The notes beneath the pieces were generated by a model. The model did no database searches, was not told the origin of the DNA, and saw only the letters and a list, made by a program, of their open reading frames with translations. A stretch of 63,792 bases of DNA, counting the filler, from Reticulomyxa filosa (taxonomy: Eukaryota; Protista; Foraminifera), in assembly GCA_000512085.1 (NCBI GenBank). It is 23 parts of 23 records of this genome, joined end to end, with 100 filler letters (N's around TTAATTAATTAA, not from the genome) between each part and the next. Parts side by side here need not be neighbours in the genome. Positions count along the whole stretch, not along the records: positions 62,653 to 63,792 come from ASPP01028740.1; 22 more parts are not named here. One strand, given 5' to 3'. This document shows, piece after piece, positions 62,653 to 63,792 of this stretch (the stretch's first letter is position 1; each line of letters opens with the position of its first letter). The translations under genes were made by a program, and so were the position numbers.

Positions 62653-63792
62653 TCTGCTTCTTCAATATCGCTTCCATTTAATTTTAATTTCATCTTAGGA
62701 TATTTCCTTTTGTTTTTCATCTTGAACGTGATCGATTGGGTCTTATCTGGAGCCAATAACATTTTCCATTTTGATGCCCATAACGACACATTATCTAAAC
62801 TTGTTTGCATTAAATCCAATTGTCGTTCCATTTCCTTTTCATCACTGGTGTAGATAGATGACCACAATGCAACATCATCTGCAAACATTCCACATTGAAT
62901 TGGATCTTGAACTGAATGAACAATCGTTGATATATAATGAATAACAGTGGAGACAATGATGATCCTTGCTTGAGGTACACCAACTTCAAATTTTCTTTCA
63001 TTAGATTTTATTCCATTTGTACAATTTGTCCAATTCGGTCTTTGAGGAAACTATCTAACCACCAATACATTCTTCCTTTCACTCCAAATTCTTTTCTTAT
63101 CTTGTTTCTTAATCCATCTCTCCATACACTGTCATATGCTGAAGAGATATCCAATAGGATTGCGTATGATACTCCATTATTACCAAATGAAGAATAAATG
63201 GACTCCGTCATTCGTAATAACAACTCAGATGTATTGTGCCAAGATTGAAATCTTGCTTGATATTGTGTTAGTAAATTATTTTCATTTAAATACCACATCA
63301 GTCTCATTGTAATTATTCTTTCCAGTAATTTTCCAACTCAAATGCTGTGATCTCGATCTGGTTTTGGGATCGGAACAATATTTGCTCTTTTCCATATCCA
63401 ATCTTGAAACTCCAATTAAATAATACAACCAAAGAATCAATTAATGTTTGTCCACCATTTTTGATCATTTGATTGAAATATATCTTAATGCTTCAATTAT
63501 TTCTTCTTCAGTGAATCCATTTGATGATATTCATTCCATAATGGATAATAATTCATTGCTTCATCTCTGTTCATTTCTATCACCGATGTAATTTCGTCTT
63601 CCACCGTTTGATAATGTTCTTTCGTATCTTCAGAATAACTTGGTGGTTGTGGAGGTTGAGAGAACCACGATACCAACAGTCCTGCTTTTTCTTGATCTGT
63701 CTTTGCAATCTGTCCAGTACTAATGTAGGAATTATTGAAACTTTGTTCGAATTCATTGACTTGAATTGAGAAAACAATTTCCTTGTGTTCTC
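62653..63792 (-). mobile_element. Decayed non-LTR (LINE-type) retrotransposon reverse transcriptase region
   Basis: WKRANIVPIPKP, YQARFQ…ILLDISSAYDSVW, G-VPQ…SSLSPLLFIIY and MFADDVALW, broken by several frameshifts and deletions. Confidence 0.92.

Noticed and set aside
57760-63792. Horizontal transfer island (bacterial ABC + rRNA + RT adjacent)
   Set aside because: Each piece is a separate contig with no junction sequence. The RT is AT-rich and LINE-type, not a retron, group II intron or DGR RT.

Overview
This window is not contiguous DNA. It is 23 short contigs (about 1-8 kb each) joined by 22 identical 100-bp artificial linkers (44 N + TTAATTAATTAA + 44 N), so neighbourhoods across linkers carry no meaning. 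21 contigs are AT-rich, intron-containing eukaryotic DNA full of homopolymers and microsatellites. Its expanded RING/TRAF-Zn-coiled-coil-WD40 and kelch-like families, many pseudogenes and homopolymer indels suggest a foraminiferan/rhizarian draft assembly such as Reticulomyxa; this taxon call is an inference. Recognisable eukaryotic genes: SLC26/SulP transporter, CWF19L1-like, hotdog thioesterase with a PTS2-like signal, LSM8, TMEM87/GPR107-like, TRAF7-like WD40, ankyrin tail-anchored protein, RNF213-like C-terminus, WDR44-like, phosducin-like PhLP2, PIG-T, a very large protein ending in a degenerate G-alpha domain, an ART-fold domain, PDI and DSP relics, a MITE-like element and a decayed non-LTR retrotransposon. 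Two contigs are GC-rich bacterial DNA: Dpp/Opp-type ABC transporter genes and a Rhodobacteraceae-type 16S-tRNA-Ile-tRNA-Ala-23S operon. The most intriguing signals are a protein whose His-repeat half and CC-x-GC-repeat half look like nested Btk-type zinc fingers, a >1000-aa pseudo-G-alpha fusion, introns with A-tract acceptors plus U-tracts or foldback hairpins, and an RNF213-like/ART/TRAF set resembling a cell-autonomous defence toolkit. All family calls come from motif recognition by eye, not database searches.
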